The notes under the pieces were generated by a model. It was not told the origin of the DNA, ran no database searches, and was given only the letters and a program-made list of their open reading frames with translations. A stretch of 61,021 nt of DNA, counting the filler. It is 5 parts of 5 records of this genome, joined end to end, with 100 filler letters (N's around TTAATTAATTAA, not from the genome) between each part and the next. Parts side by side here need not be neighbours in the genome. Positions count along the whole stretch, not along the records: positions 24,091 to 34,710 come from DRR378314_287; positions 34,811 to 44,061 come from DRR378314_290; 3 more parts are not named here. One strand, 5' to 3'. The position numbers and the translations under genes were made by a program. Positions 29,296 to 41,762 of this stretch are shown here, one piece after another (positions within the stretch are counted from its first letter, which is position 1; every line of letters begins with the position of its first letter).

Positions 29296-32200
29296 ATGCG
29301 CCGCGGCGCGCGGGCGCGCGGCAGCTCGACGCGCGGCAGCCGCGGCCGCAGCGACGGTGCCGCTGCTGAACAGCGTCGTTTGCCAGCGCGTGCCTCCGTT
29401 CAGCAGCCGTCGGAAGACGTCGTACGAGAACGAGCGGCGGAGCACGCCGTTGTCGAATGGCCGAGACGGGCGTCCCTGGACGATGCAGACGTCGAGGTGG
29501 AGACAGCCCGGCCTTCGCGCACCTCGCTGCTTGTCAACGTCGCGGGAGAAGGGAGAGCCTCGCCGCTGGTCGCCGCAGAGGGCGCGCCGCCACCGTCGCT
29601 CCGCGACCGCTTGCAGCGGCAATCCAGTCGCCCCATGACGCCGCGCGCGCGTCCGGGATCGAGTGCACGTGCAGGTACTGGACGAAGTGATACAGCGTCG
29701 CTGTTTGCTCGCATTGAAAACGGCGACGCAGAAGCAGCCGCCGAGGTCGACGTCAACCTCCGGGACCACGGCGGTTGGACGCCGCTGCACCGCGCAGCCA
29801 TCAGCGGCCAAGCCGAGCTCGTCGGCGTCCTGCTCGAGCGCGGAGCAGATCCGCAAGCGCGAAACAACGTCGGCCTAACTCCACGCGATGTAGCCAGTGG
29901 CGACGAAGCTCGCGCGGCGATTGCCAAGGCTGCTGCCGAACAGCGCCAGCGCGCGCGTGAGAACAGTCCACGCGGAGCGCGCGCCGCCGGCGCAGCGCGA
30001 CGTCAGCGAACGGGCACCGGCGACACTCGCCCGTTGACAAAGAAAAAGAGCGCCGGTGACCGGAGCCTACGCGCTATCGACTCGGCCAAGGCAGTCGGGA
30101 CGTCGAGTGCGCGCAGTGGCGAGCAGACTTCATCGCTGCGCAAGGCAAGAAGCCGCTACGGATCCGCGTCGTCGGTCTCCTCGGCGAGGCAGAGCCTGGC
30201 GACAGACTCGGCCTCCAAGGATGGCGACGGCGACAGCGTGTCGTCGCAGACATCGCCGCTTCCCTTGGTTGACGGTGGGACTTTTGAATCGGGTGTGGAG
30301 CCCATCGCTGCAAAGCGTCCGCAGGCGCGGCGCCCGTCGCAGGGATCGCTCGGCGGGCGTGGGTCCGAGCCGGCTTCGCAGGCGCTTCTGCGCGGGCCAA
30401 GCCTGCCCGACATGCCAAAGATCCGGGCGCTTCAGAAGCACAACGATCCAGAAGAAGATCGCCTGTCGCGAATGATTCTTTCAGCTTCTAAGCTTGGAGA
30501 TATGAAGAAGATCCACGAGTTGCTGCGGCAGCACAAGGACTTTGTCATCGGTCGCGTGCAGGAGTCGCTCGACGAAGACGCCGCCGCCAGGAGGACGCCG
30601 CCGCCGTCGCGGAGCGCACCGCGGGGCACCGATAGCGAGACCGCCGGAACCGATCGGTCTAGTACGCCAACCCCGTTTCCCCACGAAGCGGATCTCATTC
30701 GTGGCGACAGCATAGACGACGAGCACACTCGTGTCGCCCACCACGCAGAAGGAGCTCGTACGCCTTCGCCCGAGCCAAGCAGCAGCACGGCGCGCGCTGC
30801 ACGCCACGCGCGCGCAACACCCCCGCTCCCCTCTCTTCGCATCGGAGATCCCAGCGACGGAACAACGCCGCCTATGCACTCAGCGCCAGCAGGAGACTCG
30901 CGCAGCAAGGGATTCCGTAGCCACCCGCGGCGCGCTGTCTCGCTGGACGACAATACGCCCGGGCTCGCCGTCCCTGTCCGCATCGCCCGAGCGGGGTCGG
31001 ACACCGCGTCCGTGTGCAGCGCTGACACGTCGTTCTCGCGCCTGTCGCAAGATACCTCGCTCTTTGAAGACGGCGACGAGCTTCTCGAGCAATTCATCAC
31101 TGCGGCGAAAAAGGGCGACTTGGAAAAAGTCATCGTCTGCCTCGACGACGAAATCGACATCAACGGTCAGGACCGGATGGGCAACACGGCGCTGCACCGC
31201 GCCGCGTACTGGGAGAGGCTCGACGTCGCGCGCCTGCTCATCGAGCGAGGCGCCGATCTCTCCGTCGCCAACCGCCGCGGTCAGCGACCGGTGGACGTCG
31301 CGCGCACCGAGCAGATGCGACAGGTCATCGAAGGCGACCGGTACCAGTCGCCTCAGCTCCGCAGGCAGCAGTCGGGTCGCGACGCGATCCAGAAAGAGCG
31401 CTCCATGCGCCTCATGCGCAAGAGCGGTGAAGGGGAGCTCAATTCGCGCTCGACAGCCTCCATGTATTCGTACGTGCGCGAGGTAAACGACGACGGCGAG
31501 CGCCTGGTCGAAGCCGCAAAGCGCGGCCGCATTCGCGAGGTTCGCGTTCTTGTCGACGAAAGGGACGTTCACGTCGACGCGCGAGACAAGTTCGGCTGGA
31601 CGGCGCTGCATCGCGCTGTGTTCTGGGACCGAAAGGACGTGATTCACTTCTTGGTGGAGCGCGGGGCGGATACTTCGCTGAAAAACAACAAGGGAAAGAC
31701 TGCCATCGACTTGGCGCCGTCGGAAGAAGTCCGCAAAATTCTCTTAGGATCGCGCTACAAGTCGCGGACTGAACGACGGCGCGAGGCCAAGAAAAAGGTG
31801 CGTGTACACTGAGCGCAAGGGCGCGGGGGAGGTTGGCGTGCTGCGCCCCAAGAACGGGGTCCTCGCCACCACCCGTATGCCCCCCGTTCTCTGCGCGATT
31901 GATTGTGGCAGCACTTGATCAAGAAACTATGTAGGCTTGGCCTTGCACTGCAAGCACAGATAGGCAAGAACAGGGGAAAAGCAGAACAACATGCGCTCCA
32001 GCGTCCATCCGCGTGCCGCCGACACGCTGCAGCTCGGCACAGCCTACCACCCTCCCCCCCCCCCGCCCGGAAAAGCTACAGAGAGCGCACGGGTTACTCG
32101 GATCCCTCGCTGCTGCCCTGCCTACGTGCGCTCCAGAGAAGTGCTCACGTCGCGAGCGTCACCGCATGCACTCCTGCAAATTCTCCCTCGTGCTCAGATT

Positions 32201-34640
32201 GCAATGGAGCGCAAAATCTCCCTCATCAATGCCTCGGAGGATGGACTTGCAAACTCGCGCGCCGAGCGCGCCGATTTCCAAGTGTCGACGCAGGCGGAGC
32301 ACACGCGCGATCCCTCCGTGCGTTTTGTACACGCTTGCAAGCGCGGCGATCACGAAACCGTCCGGCGCATGATTGCAGAAGGAGTGGACATCGACGCGCG
32401 GGATGAGCTGGGGTGGACGGGGCTGCATCGCGCCGTGTTCTGGGACCGCAAGGAGATCGTCGCCGCCCTGGTGCACGCCGGCGCCGACGTGTCGCTTACC
32501 AACCCCAAGGGCAAGACCGTGCTCGACTTGGCGCCGTCGGAGGAAATGCGACGAATTTTGCAAGGGGAAAGCTACGTGTCCGCTCGCGAGCGCGAGCTAG
32601 GTCGCGCCAAGGTCAGCGAGCAGGTCGTCAACCCGCGGCTTGACCTCGTGCGCCTGGGCCTCGGGCCCGGAGGGGCGGGCGGCCGCAACGCGCCCGGCGC
32701 ACTCGACGCGCTCCTGTCGCCGCGCGGAGGCGCGCGAGAGAGCGCCGGCCGCCGCGTGAGCCGCCGCCTCTCGCTTCGAGGCGATACCAGCACGGCGCCC
32801 ACCGCAGCCACGGCAAACGCGGCCAAAGACATTTTCAACCGCAAAATGGAACTCGCGAAGTACATCGAAGAAGAGGGCGGCGGGCTCGGCGAGTACGACG
32901 AGGACCTCGGCTTGGACGCCATCCGCCTCGATTCTGACGACGACGACGGCGCGGACGGCGATGGTGACGGCCGTCGCCGCGGCGACGCGCACCGCGGAGG
33001 CTCTGCGGGGCGCGACGATGGCGATCCGGAAGATCGCGGAGCCGCACGGCGCACGTTTATTCGCGACCTGTTGCGCAAGTTCAAGCAAGCTGCAACGCAG
33101 CACTTGACCACGGAAGAAAAGTACAAATGGGCCGCCATGTATGTGCGCGACGCCATGTACGGGCGCGATGCAAAGACGGACAACTTTGGAAAACGGCAAC
33201 TGCAAGTCTACCGCTTCCTGACGCATCCGTACTACTACTTTGCATACCTAGTGGTCGTTCTGCTCCACATCTCCATGGTATTCCTCGAGCCGGTCTCCAG
33301 CTCCGAAGTCCACAAGCTCGGCGACAATGTCTCGGTGTGGCTCACATCGTGGAAGGTCGCGTACGCCATCTCATGGGCGTGCCTCGCTGTGTACACGGCA
33401 GACGTAGGGCTGTCGCTCTACGAATCGGGGCGGAATGCGTTCTTTGCCAAGTCGACAAAGCTGTGGAAGTTCGTCATCGTGCTCTCCATGATTGTCGACG
33501 CAATCGTCTACGCTGCGGCTGGATATGTGCAAGTCACGCGCGTGCTGCGCGCCTTTCTGCTTGTGCTGCACATCAAGCAGACGCGACGGTCGCTTAACAC
33601 GCTGCTGCACGTCACGCCGAAACTGGGCGAGGCAATCCTTGTGCTTTCCACATTCGTCGTGCTGTACGCGGTGATCGGCGTATCCATATTCGCGTCAGAC
33701 GGCGGGAGCCGGTACGACCGCAGTACCCCGTCCAACGCTGTCGAGTTCTTCATGTTCGAGTTCAACAACTTCCAAAACGCCTTTTTCGCCCTGTACGTGC
33801 TGCTGACAGGATCCAACTATCCCAATGTCATGTATCCGTCGTACCACGAGAATCGCGTCGTTGGCGTGGTCTACTTTGTGTCGTTCCACATTCTCGGCCT
33901 CTACGTGTTCCTCAACCTCGTCATTCCGCTCGTGTACAAGGCGTACAAGCAGTCGCGCAAGGCCAGCATCTTGCAAGAGGCCGCCAAGGAGCGCCGCGCG
34001 CTCGCCGCCGCGTTTGCCGTTCTGGACGAAGTCAATCCCGATCACCACGGCGAGCTATTCTTCGACGAGTGCGCTGCACTGTTCCGCCAGCTGCGGCGTG
34101 GCATGGACGAGAAACAGGCTAGAAAGATGTTTGAAAGCCTCGACGTGGACGAGTCGAACACGGTAGACATCATCGAGTTCTTCGCCATCATCGATGCCCT
34201 CAAGCTGCAAATTGACCGCGACGAAATCGTGCAGGAACCATGGTCCTTGCTTATGACTGCATCGTCTCTGATGCAAAGAGGACATCACTTTCGAAGCGAA
34301 TACGTTCGGATGCGCGCAAAACTCACATCCATGGTTTTCTCCACCTGGTTTATGTACACCATGCTCGCTGCCGTCGTCGCGCACACGACGGTACTCGCGC
34401 TCTACGGGACCGTCTCGACCTCGGAGGAATCGCACCTTGTCATTGCAGACGGCGCGTTTGTCGGCGTATTTACGCTTGAAGTCGTCCTGAAAATCATCGC
34501 CTTAGGCTGGAAGCCGTACATGTCTATTGGATGGAACCGCTTCGATCTCTTTGTCACGCTGGCATCGCTCGGAAATCTGCTGCTGCGCGAGGGCCTCGAC
34601 AACGATGGCTGGGTGGCGCTCCTGCTCGGAGCGATCAAAG
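29296..34640 (+). CDS. Ankyrin-repeat / two-pore channel (TPC) fusion protein, spliced, 3'-truncated
   Basis: Exon 29296-31797 (AAG|gtgcgt) joins exon 32198-34640 (ctcag|ATT) in phase 0. Four ankyrin modules (e.g. GWTPLHRAA, GWTALHRAVFW), then TPC domain I (S4 QVTRVLRAFLLV; pore LYVLLTGSNYPNVMYPSY), two EF-hands and the start of domain II (WNRFDLFVT). Next donor G|gtacgt at 34641. Confidence 0.82.
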
Positions 34641-34710
34641 GTACGTCGCACCCGGTCACTTCCCGCCCCCGGCTCGGGTTCTGCATTCTTGCTACTACAC
34701 AGAAGACAAC

Positions 34711-34810
34711 NNNNNNNNNNNNNNNNNNNNNNNNNNNNNNNNNNNNNNNNNNNNTTAATTAATTAANNNNNNNNNNNNNNNNNNNNNNNNNNNNNNNNNN
34801 NNNNNNNNNN
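34711..34810. other. Artificial contig linker
   Basis: N44-TTAATTAATTAA-N44. Confidence 0.99.
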
Positions 34811-37800
34811 GACGACGAGCGCGATGTGCGCCGCGCGCGCAGCACTGCCGGAATCACGTCGTCGTCGATGGAGTCGCGCAGCCGGCTGCGCTGCGCCGAG
34901 GCGCTCTCGAGCTCGCGCGCGGCCTCGGCAACCGCGTGGTCCTCCTCGCGGAACGAGCGCGGCGCGCGCGTCGCGGCGACGCCGGCGGACGTGCTCGAGC
35001 GCCGCCGCTGCCGCCGGCTGCCGGGCGCGCCGCCGCCCGCGCCCTGCGACCCGCCGAGCAGCGCGCCCGCGTCGCCGCCGCCCGGCGCGGCCTCGACGAG
35101 GCGCGTCGCCCACGTGTGCGACGGCAGCGCGCGCTCGAGCCGCGCCGCCGCCGCCGCCGTGCTGTCGAGCAGCGCGTTTGCAGCGCGCGTCAACGTCGCA
35201 GCGACGCGCGCCACGCGAGCGCACGCAAGCGACGGCAGCGTCGTGGGCGTGGCGCGGGTGCGCGGAAAGTGCGCGCGCACGGTGCAGCGGAATCCGAAGC
35301 GCGGCGGCTCGCCCGGCTGCGCCTCGGCGTGGAACAGGAATACGGCGTGGTCGGACGGGATGATCACGCGGCGCGGCCACGCGCCGCGCGGTCCGCGCAG
35401 GCTCGGTCCGAAGCGGCCGGAAGCCTCGGGGTGCACGTAGAGGTCGAGCGTGTCGTTGAACCCGCTGTCGCAGTCGGCATCGAATTCCGCGGTGAGGAAC
35501 AGCGCGCCCGGAAACGCGACGACTTCTTTCGTCGACGCGTCTTCCGCGTACGGGTGCGCGGACTCCACAACGCGCTCGTACCGGCGCTGCGCGTACGCAT
35601 CGCCGCGCGACGCGATGCGCGCACGCGCCGATGCGGCGTCCCGGGCGCGGAATCGCGCGTACACTTCGCGCAGCGACACGATCGCACCGCGCGCAAAGCT
35701 CGTGTCGCGCACCGCCTCGTACGCGATGTCGAGCGCGCCGTCGAGCAGTCTGGCGAGCGGGGCGCGCGCGCGCTCGCAGCTCAGCGCCGCCTCGCTCAGC
35801 CGCGCGCTCCCGAGCCACGCGCGCAGCAGCAGCGACACGCACGTAGCGCGCATCGACGACCCGCACGACCAGATCCGCGCCAACAGCGTCTCCAACACGG
35901 TGTGCGCAGGGAACGAGGTGGCAACGGCGGCGACTGCGGCTTCGCCTTCCTCGCTCGCAGCGGACGCGCGGCCGCCGGTGCTCGGGCGCTCGCGCTCCTG
36001 CGCCGCAGCTTCGGCCGACGAGCACCACAGCGCCTCGGCCAACGCCGTGCGCTCGGTTTCGCTCATATTTGCGCACACAGCGCCAACCGACAGGAACTCG
36101 TGCCCATCGTCATCTACCACGGCCGCTGCGGCCACGCCTGTCCCGACGGCAGCGGGAGCGGCGTGCTGCGCCTCGGAGCCGTCGCCGCCGCCGCCGCCGC
36201 CCACCTCGACGCCGCCCGCGGCGAGAAAGAGCGCGAGCGCGGTCGGCAAGGTGTCTTCGGCGGGTTTCGCGAGCGAGATGTACGCAGAGAGCACGTGCGC
36301 GGGGCCGAACGAGACCGCCGCGTCCCGCATCGCGGCCTCGAGCATCGCGGCGTCGTCGACCAAGTGGAGCAGCGACGCGACGACGGCGGCCGTCGCCTCG
36401 TGCGCGAGGCGCGCGGCGTCGGCGGTGTGGCGCGCCGCCGCGACGAGCTCCGCGCGCTGGGCGCGCCACCGCTGGCTCACCGCGGCGATCGCAGCGGCGA
36501 CCTGGACGCTGTCCGGCAGGCCAGCGCGAACGCTGACGTGGACCACGCGGAGCAGCCCGACGATACATAGCAGTCGCTCCAGCGGACGATCGCGCGCGGG
36601 CGCCTCGTTCCTGTCGTCTGCGCTGCAAGAGTCCATGATGCGCAGGAGGAGGTCGACGGCTTTGAGGACGGTCGGCGCGCTCGCGTCCGCGCAGAACGGC
36701 GCAACGCGCGCGCGCGCCGGCACGTTCGTCGCGAGATCACCGAGGAAGCTCAGCACGCACGCATTGAACTCGCGCGTTCTCCAGCGCGTCGCGTGCTCCT
36801 CGTGCACGCGCGCGCAAATCGCGCGGAGCGGTACACGCGTCACCACGTCACTTGTGACTGTGACGCTGCGCTGCCGCTTCGGCGCGAACGCGGCGATCTC
36901 CGCGGTTCCCGCGAGATAGCTCCATAGACACTCGCGCATCGGGTCAAAGCACATTGCCAGGCCCACAGGAGCTCGTCCGAGGTCGCGCGGAGGCAGCATA
37001 CTCCCCGTGGAGAGATTCCACGACGCAACGAGGTACCGCGCACCGGAGAATCCCGCAGCAGACGGCTCATCGTCGGCGGCGTACGGGATAATCGCGTGCA
37101 GGAACGAGCCGTTGGTGTAAAACGACGCGAGCTCAAAATCGCTCGTGATGGCATTGTACAGCTCTTCCATGTCTTTGTTACTCGCATCGGGTCGCAGTGG
37201 GATTCGCGCGATGCGTCGCAGCTCGTTGGACGTGTCGAACACTGTCGCGATGAGCTTGTGCTTTTCGTCGCCGGAGGCGGATTTCTGCGCGCTCTCGTCT
37301 TCGCTGGACACAAACGGCGCAACGCACCAAATATCAACAGCCGTACTGCCGCTTGCGCACGTTTTGATCCCGCTCAGCTCATCAATATCGTCTTCGTCAT
37401 CTTCGTCCTCGTCGCACTGGCACGAATCCGTGCTGGAGAGTGGGGCGATTTCCATCGGAGATCCTATTGCAAGCGACTCTGTGTCGACAGCAGCAACAAC
37501 AAAGCTGCGACCGCGCGGAATGCGCACGTAGAGCTTCCCAGCCGCAGCAAACAACGACAACTGTTCGCTGCAGTCGAGATCTTGCAGCTCCAGCGGGGCG
37601 CTCATGTTGCGCTCATACACGAACCCGCGCAACGTGCCGCCGTGACCTGTGCCAATACGCGCGAGACCGGCAAACTGGTCGTAGATGTACAGGAAATTTC
37701 CCAAAACTGCCACGGCAGACTCAAACGTTCCCTCTGCGAGAAACGCGTGATTGGGCCCAAACGGCAGCGCGTGGGCGGTTGTCGACGGGTGCAAATTCCA

Positions 37801-39348
37801 TTGTACGGACCAGAGTCCTACGAGTGTGCTCCCATCGGGGTCCGGAAGCGGCTCGCGTAGCGAAAATTGGAGCAATTGAGAGGCTGTGGCACCAACATCG
37901 AGCTCAAGATCGAACTGCTCGCAGATTCGCACGCAGTCGAGGATGTCACTTACGCGCTCTGATAAGATGCAGCAGCGCACAAACGCCGAGAGGGCAAGGC
38001 GGCGCTCTTCCACGCCGAGCGCTTGTTCCTGAAAGGCTTGCTCGCAAACCTTTCGAAAGCTCGGCACAGCGACCTCGCTGCTGCCCTGTCCAAGCGGAAC
38101 GCGGTAGAGTTCGTTTGTAACTGCGCTAAGAACCGCGCGTGCCGCTGTGGGATTACTGAGACCCATGGAGTGCACGAGCGTCAGCGCCAGGGAGGAGAAC
38201 ATCGCCTCCGACATTGTCCGAGGCTGTATGGGGTGAACCAGGTACCGAGCGCGCGAACTCGAGAACAGTCCTCCTGCTCCATCTGCACCATCTGCGGCTT
38301 CGTCAGGTCCGCCGCGCTGCACAGCGGCGACGCAGATCCGAAGATATCAGGTAAGAAAGGGGACAAGAATACGTACAAAATGGGAGCGTGGGCGTACGCA
38401 CTAGCAAGGAAGGAAGCGAAGCCCAGAAGGGTCAGACTCGCGGAAGACGGGAGACACCCGTGTGCCGCCAGCGCCGTGCACTCACAATCTTGCCCTGCAG
38501 CGCCGCGTTGCCCCGCCCTTTCCCCCGGGGGCCCATTTGTGAAGCGCACAACGTACGAGATGGTCTTCTATCGCACGAATTCGCTCTTTCAGCGCCTCTG
38601 TCGTGGTGCGCGCGCGCAGAGCAAGCAGGCGCTCCATAGGAAGCGGCGTCCCGTCCGTCGCGCACGTGTGCAGCCGCTGCTTCAGACACTTCCCAGCTTG
38701 CCGGAAGAAAGCCTCCTCGGAGCCGGGGACAGTGCCGACGAAGAGCAGCGCATCATCATCTGTCAACGAATCATCAAACTCTTCCCTACAAGGCACATCA
38801 ATTACGAACACAGTGCATAGAGAGAAAAAGGGGCGCAGTTGATGGAGCGTTAGCGCGTATCTCTGCCTTGGCCAACTGCATGTGATGGCGACGAGTGCTG
38901 AGCGCGGGCCGGAAACAGTGACCTTGGGCGCTACGCACGGAAACGCGCAGCGCGGGGCCCGCGTGGCAGCAGGAAACCACCACAATGATACACGCTGCAC
39001 TTTACCATACGCTCTCTTAGTCGTCTGATCACCTCTTTCTCCGCGCGGCGGGGCGCATAAGGGAGCGGCATGGCATTTGTAGCGCCTGCGGTTCTGCACG
39101 GAAGTGGCGCGGCGGAGGAGCGCTCTCGAGTCCAGCCGGCGACGGCAAGCAGAGCCGATGCACAGCGCCGCACGTCTGCCGCCAACGACCGGTTGCATCG
39201 CGGACAGCAGAACCGCTCGCGAAGGATGACAAGCGGTAGGCGTTTTTTCTTTTGAAACACACCATTCAGCAGTGAGTTTATCTTCGATCGCTTTCGTTGC
39301 GGTGCGGTCCAGGAGCGCGTCAAACTCGTCGTGGGTGGAGTGCACCAT
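34811..39348 (-). CDS. Giant HECTD4/MYCBP2-like protein (probable E3 ubiquitin ligase), N-terminal part, 3'-truncated
   Basis: Exons 39348-39263, 38785-38557 and 38316-<34811 join in phase with GT..AG ends. Motif LYIYDQFAGLARIGTGHGGTLRGFVY and a CUB-like VESAHPY...FPGALFLTAEFDADC domain, as recalled from HECTD4/MYCBP2/ZZEF1. No HECT or RING domain is visible in the window. Confidence 0.68.
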
Positions 39349-40806
39349 GCTGACTCGCGATGAGCAGCTCCGCTCGGCCTGTAGCGGAACGCAGCACAGA
39401 GCAACGCAAATGCGCCCTCATTCCGGGGGATGAGTAGGACAGCAACCGGATAGAATTGCACGATGTTGGTCTATTCTACGCATGAATGATACAATGGACG
39501 GGCGCACGCCCATTTCTTTTTTATATCGCGCGTACACTTATAACGGCAAGGCAAGGGCCCAGTCAGCAGCCCCAGCGCCCGAGAGACCGCCCGCCGCGGA
39601 ACCAGCGCGTGGGACGAGTCCCACAGCCGTCCACGCTAGAATCCCGTTTGCGCACGACCAGCACTGACTTCGATATCGATTGTGCGGTTAATATTGGCAG
39701 TCTACCCAAATATTGAGATAAAATTGGAGGACGAGGCCATCGACTGTTCAGGAGCGCCTGGCACTCGTGGTTTGCCCGCGCGCCACGCGCTGGGGCCGAG
39801 GTTTGCGGCGGGTTGTCCCGCGCCTCACACACAGCCCGCCGCGCAGAGACAGAGGCGCTGCGACGAACCTACACTGTTTTCGCGCCTTCTCTATCCTCTT
39901 CTCTGGCAAGAAAGTACTAGTTCTCTGTGATATACTGCACAATTTTCGCGCAGGCAATACGCTCCGCAGCGCTTCGCCTTGCAGCACGCGCAGGCGGCTG
40001 CGTGACGCTGTGCTCGGGGCGGCGCAGTGCGGACCGCGCTGCCCGTGCGCGTGTGGGACCCAGCGAGACACACCGCGCGGGGAGCCAGTATATTTACTGG
40101 TTAACAAACTAGGTTCAACACGCCTCCCGCCCACGTGGCTCGAGTGCATGCAAAGCCAACCTGGCTCCCGCTTGCGCAGCACTACTGCTCACGCGTGCTC
40201 GAGTGACTCCCGACGCAGAAACAGAGTGGTAAATGTAATTATGAAGAGAGGTTTGCAAGGACCGCGTATGCGGTTTGGGGGTAAGAACCAACGTGGGGAG
40301 GACGAGAAAGTAGGATTCTGCTCGGGTGCGTCTGCGCTTTTCGTTCGTACTCCATACTCTCGCAGAGAAAGCACGTTCGGCGCCTTCTCTCCGTTATTTT
40401 TTTTTGTAAACTTTCCTATTTCGCAATGCGTCGTGCATCTTTCGCTCATGTTTCGTTTCTTGGCTTCAATTATGCTAATATCTTGCCGATATGAGGGACG
40501 CAACCGTGTTCGGCGCCCATTTGCACCAGGAACAGTGTGGAAAAGAGAACTGACAAGCACGATCACGTCGTTTCGGTTTACATCTTAGGGCTAAAAATAG
40601 AGGCGGTACTCGTCCGACGCCTCCTTCGGCGTTCAGCACGAGCGTCAAAAGAAAGCATGGACTTTTTCCCTTCGGTGCTCGCTGTGGTTGCGGGACGCGG
40701 CGTCGCAGCTCGCGAAGTATACGCTCTTCATCGGATTCAAGCTCTCAATCGGTTTTATTGTCGCTGCGCTCTGTGGCAAAAGTGAAAGCCGCACTGCCGG
40801 AGCCTC

Positions 40807-41475
40807 ATGCTGCCGTCGCGTGACGCCAGTCCTTCTCCCTCTGCCTCCTCCTCTTCCTCGCTGCTGTCGTCGTTTGGCGGCCTCTTGCGCTCCTATGTCG
40901 GCTACGCCACCAATAGTGCTGAGCATGCGGACAGTGTACTTGAAGAGCGCAGAGCTTGCCTGGCAGTGGCGCGCGACGATGTGAGAGTGGCAGTGGAGAG
41001 TGTGGGTGCGTGGCGGGACGCTGCGTCTCGCGCGCGCGCGGGCGCCTCGGGTGCTGACGCGCGGAGCCTGCGCGCGCGCGCCGCCTCACACGCAGCAGGG
41101 GCGGAGCCGCCACTATCGCGCGACTATTCGTCGAACAATTTGACGAGTACACAAACATATGGTGACGAACTGGTGGGGCGAGCTTCGGCAGGGCTTGATG
41201 CAGCGGCGACAGTCGCACGAGCGGTTCACGAGCCCACGCTTGGCCTGTGGTACATCAAGAACCACCTGCGGCACAGCGGGCGCGAGCTTGTTCGCACGTA
41301 CACCTCGTTTGCAGAGACATCCGAGAAACTGACACAGACGTCCAAAGATGTCGAGGATATGGTGCGTGCGCTCCGCGAGCTTGCCGACGTATCGGCGTGC
41401 GCTCGAGTCACCGAGCAGCTGCGGTCGGTGACGCTGGAACTCGAAGGTGCCGACGAGAGCGCCGAGGCGAGCTAG
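40807..41475 (+). CDS. BORCS8/MEF2BNB-like protein with an N-terminal extension
   Basis: C-terminal HEPTLGLWYIKNHLRHSGRELV...DVEDMVRALREL resembles the BORCS8 pattern NEPSxxLxxxQEHxRxSxPxL. Intronless 222-aa ORF. Confidence 0.55.
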   Translation: MLPSRDASPSPSASSSSSLLSSFGGLLRSYVGYATNSAEHADSVLEERRACLAVARDDVRVAVESVGAWRDAASRARAGASGADARSLRARAASHAAGAEPPLSRDYSSNNLTSTQTYGDELVGRASAGLDAAATVARAVHEPTLGLWYIKNHLRHSGRELVRTYTSFAETSEKLTQTSKDVEDMVRALRELADVSACARVTEQLRSVTLELEGADESAEAS

Positions 41476-41762
41476 CTCGCGATTCCAGCGGAACCACGAA
41501 CTGTAACTGTCGGGCGAGGCCCGCGATGCAACATGTAGTTTCTTTCCGAAAGAAGGCGGTGGTGTACGAATAAAGCGATACTTTTTCTGTTGCTACGTCC
41601 GGTCGGTGGACGACAGAGCACCTGCGAGCAGCTGCACACGGCGCGCGACTGCGCAGTGTCGCACTTTCTTCGCAGAGCAATGTTCCGCTGCTCGCACTCG
41701 GGGCCCGCAGCGAACACCTCATCCGTCATTGCTGTCGATATCGCATCCGTACGTGCCCGGCG

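Noticed and set aside
34824-36919. Long overlapping ORFs (544, 489, 437 aa) on alternative frames or strands
   Set aside because: Arg/Ala-rich shadow ORFs of a very GC-rich coding exon; only the 1,187-aa minus frame has recognisable motifs.
39400-40800. ORFs between the divergent HECTD4-like and BORCS8-like genes
   Set aside because: No recognisable protein and no splice model I could support.
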